Assembly: GCA_024679065.1 (NCBI GenBank)
Contig: JAGIQG010000040.1
Span: 8,804,001-8,868,000, forward strand
DNA: 64,000 nt
Source of the DNA: Sphyrna mokarran
Lineage: Eukaryota
Direction: 5' to 3'
This document shows, piece after piece, positions 63,240-64,000 of the stretch. The notes under the pieces were generated by a model. That model made no database searches and was not told where the DNA came from. It saw nothing but the letters and a program-made list of their open reading frames with translations. Numbering within the stretch: position 1 is the first letter of the stretch; each line of letters opens with the position of its first letter. The position numbers and the translations under genes are program-made.

Positions 63240-64000
63240 TGATAGGCACAATGTTTTTTTTTATTCTTCTCTCATGTGAGTCTGATTACTATTTGTAACA
63301 GGAATATTTCACATATCAGTTCTTTTCGTTTTAACTTGTCTAATTGAAGATAATTGGATCATCGATCAATTTAACATTCAGTGGAATACCAGCCTATACA
63401 CAAATACTTTATTTATTGTGACATCAGAACTTCCAAAGCAGATTCTTAAATAGAATATATTTATTTATTTAATTAAATAACATCTGGCGTAATGTATGTT
63501 AAAAAAGGTTTCTATTAATTTTGAATCAACCCATGATAGTCTGAAAATAAACCATTGTTTTGTGTTGAAACTGATCAATAAGTGACGATTTATCTGGTTT
63601 TGCTGTCATGAACATTTCATTCTAAACAGTGAAGTGTTTATGTAAATCAATAGAGAAATAGAAATCTCAGATTAGATTGTTGACTGACAAAAACGCAACA
63701 AATATTTCCCCACCGACACAGCACAGAAATAGAGACAGCCCTCATGCAAATCAATTAACGGATTCCAGAAATGATAGTTATTTCTATATTATTCATTCAT
63801 CAATTATATGAAGAAAAAAATCATGACAATATCTATGCACAGAATTAGGACAAAAATCGCTCTGATCCCGAAATATAATAACACGGCAAATGGCTTCGTG
63901 GAAATTTCCTGTGTTTCATCTCTCTCTCTCTGTCTTTCTCCTGTCCAGTTCTGTTGTTTGTCCCTTCACGATAGTTCATCGTCTTCACTCCACTACCTGA
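63240..64000. promoter_or_regulatory. Inverted paralog of the octamer module (ATGCAAAT 63744-63751), copy 2, runs off window end
   Basis: For example GATTAGATTGTTGACTGACAAAAAC and TTTGCTGTCATGAACATTTCATT are exact reverse complements of copy 1. Confidence 0.6.

Overview
Eukaryotic genomic DNA from a cartilaginous fish (shark-type), rich in CR1 LINEs, V-SINEs (HE1-type) and Penelope-like elements. The left third holds a complete, apparently functional, unrearranged shark IgM heavy-chain cluster on the minus strand: promoter, leader (17849-17894), VH (17414-17718), D1, D2, JH and CH1-CH4 with secretory tail (3615-7242). The RSS arrangement is V23/12-D1-22/12-D2-12/23-J. TM exons are not visible. 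Several things are missed by the ORF track. A second, transposon-shattered VH pseudogene lies 7 kb upstream and was duplicated together with about 3 kb of V 5' flank. An octamer-containing non-coding module is conserved in inverted orientation at about 23 kb and 63.7 kb, hinting at a divergent neighbouring cluster. A two-exon GPR139/142-like orphan GPCR has a disabled first exon and an intact second exon. Also present are minimal hammerhead-ribozyme cores in Penelope terminal repeats and a composite CR1 LINE carrying a V-SINE body in its 3' UTR (two independent copies). All alignments were done by eye and no database search was run.
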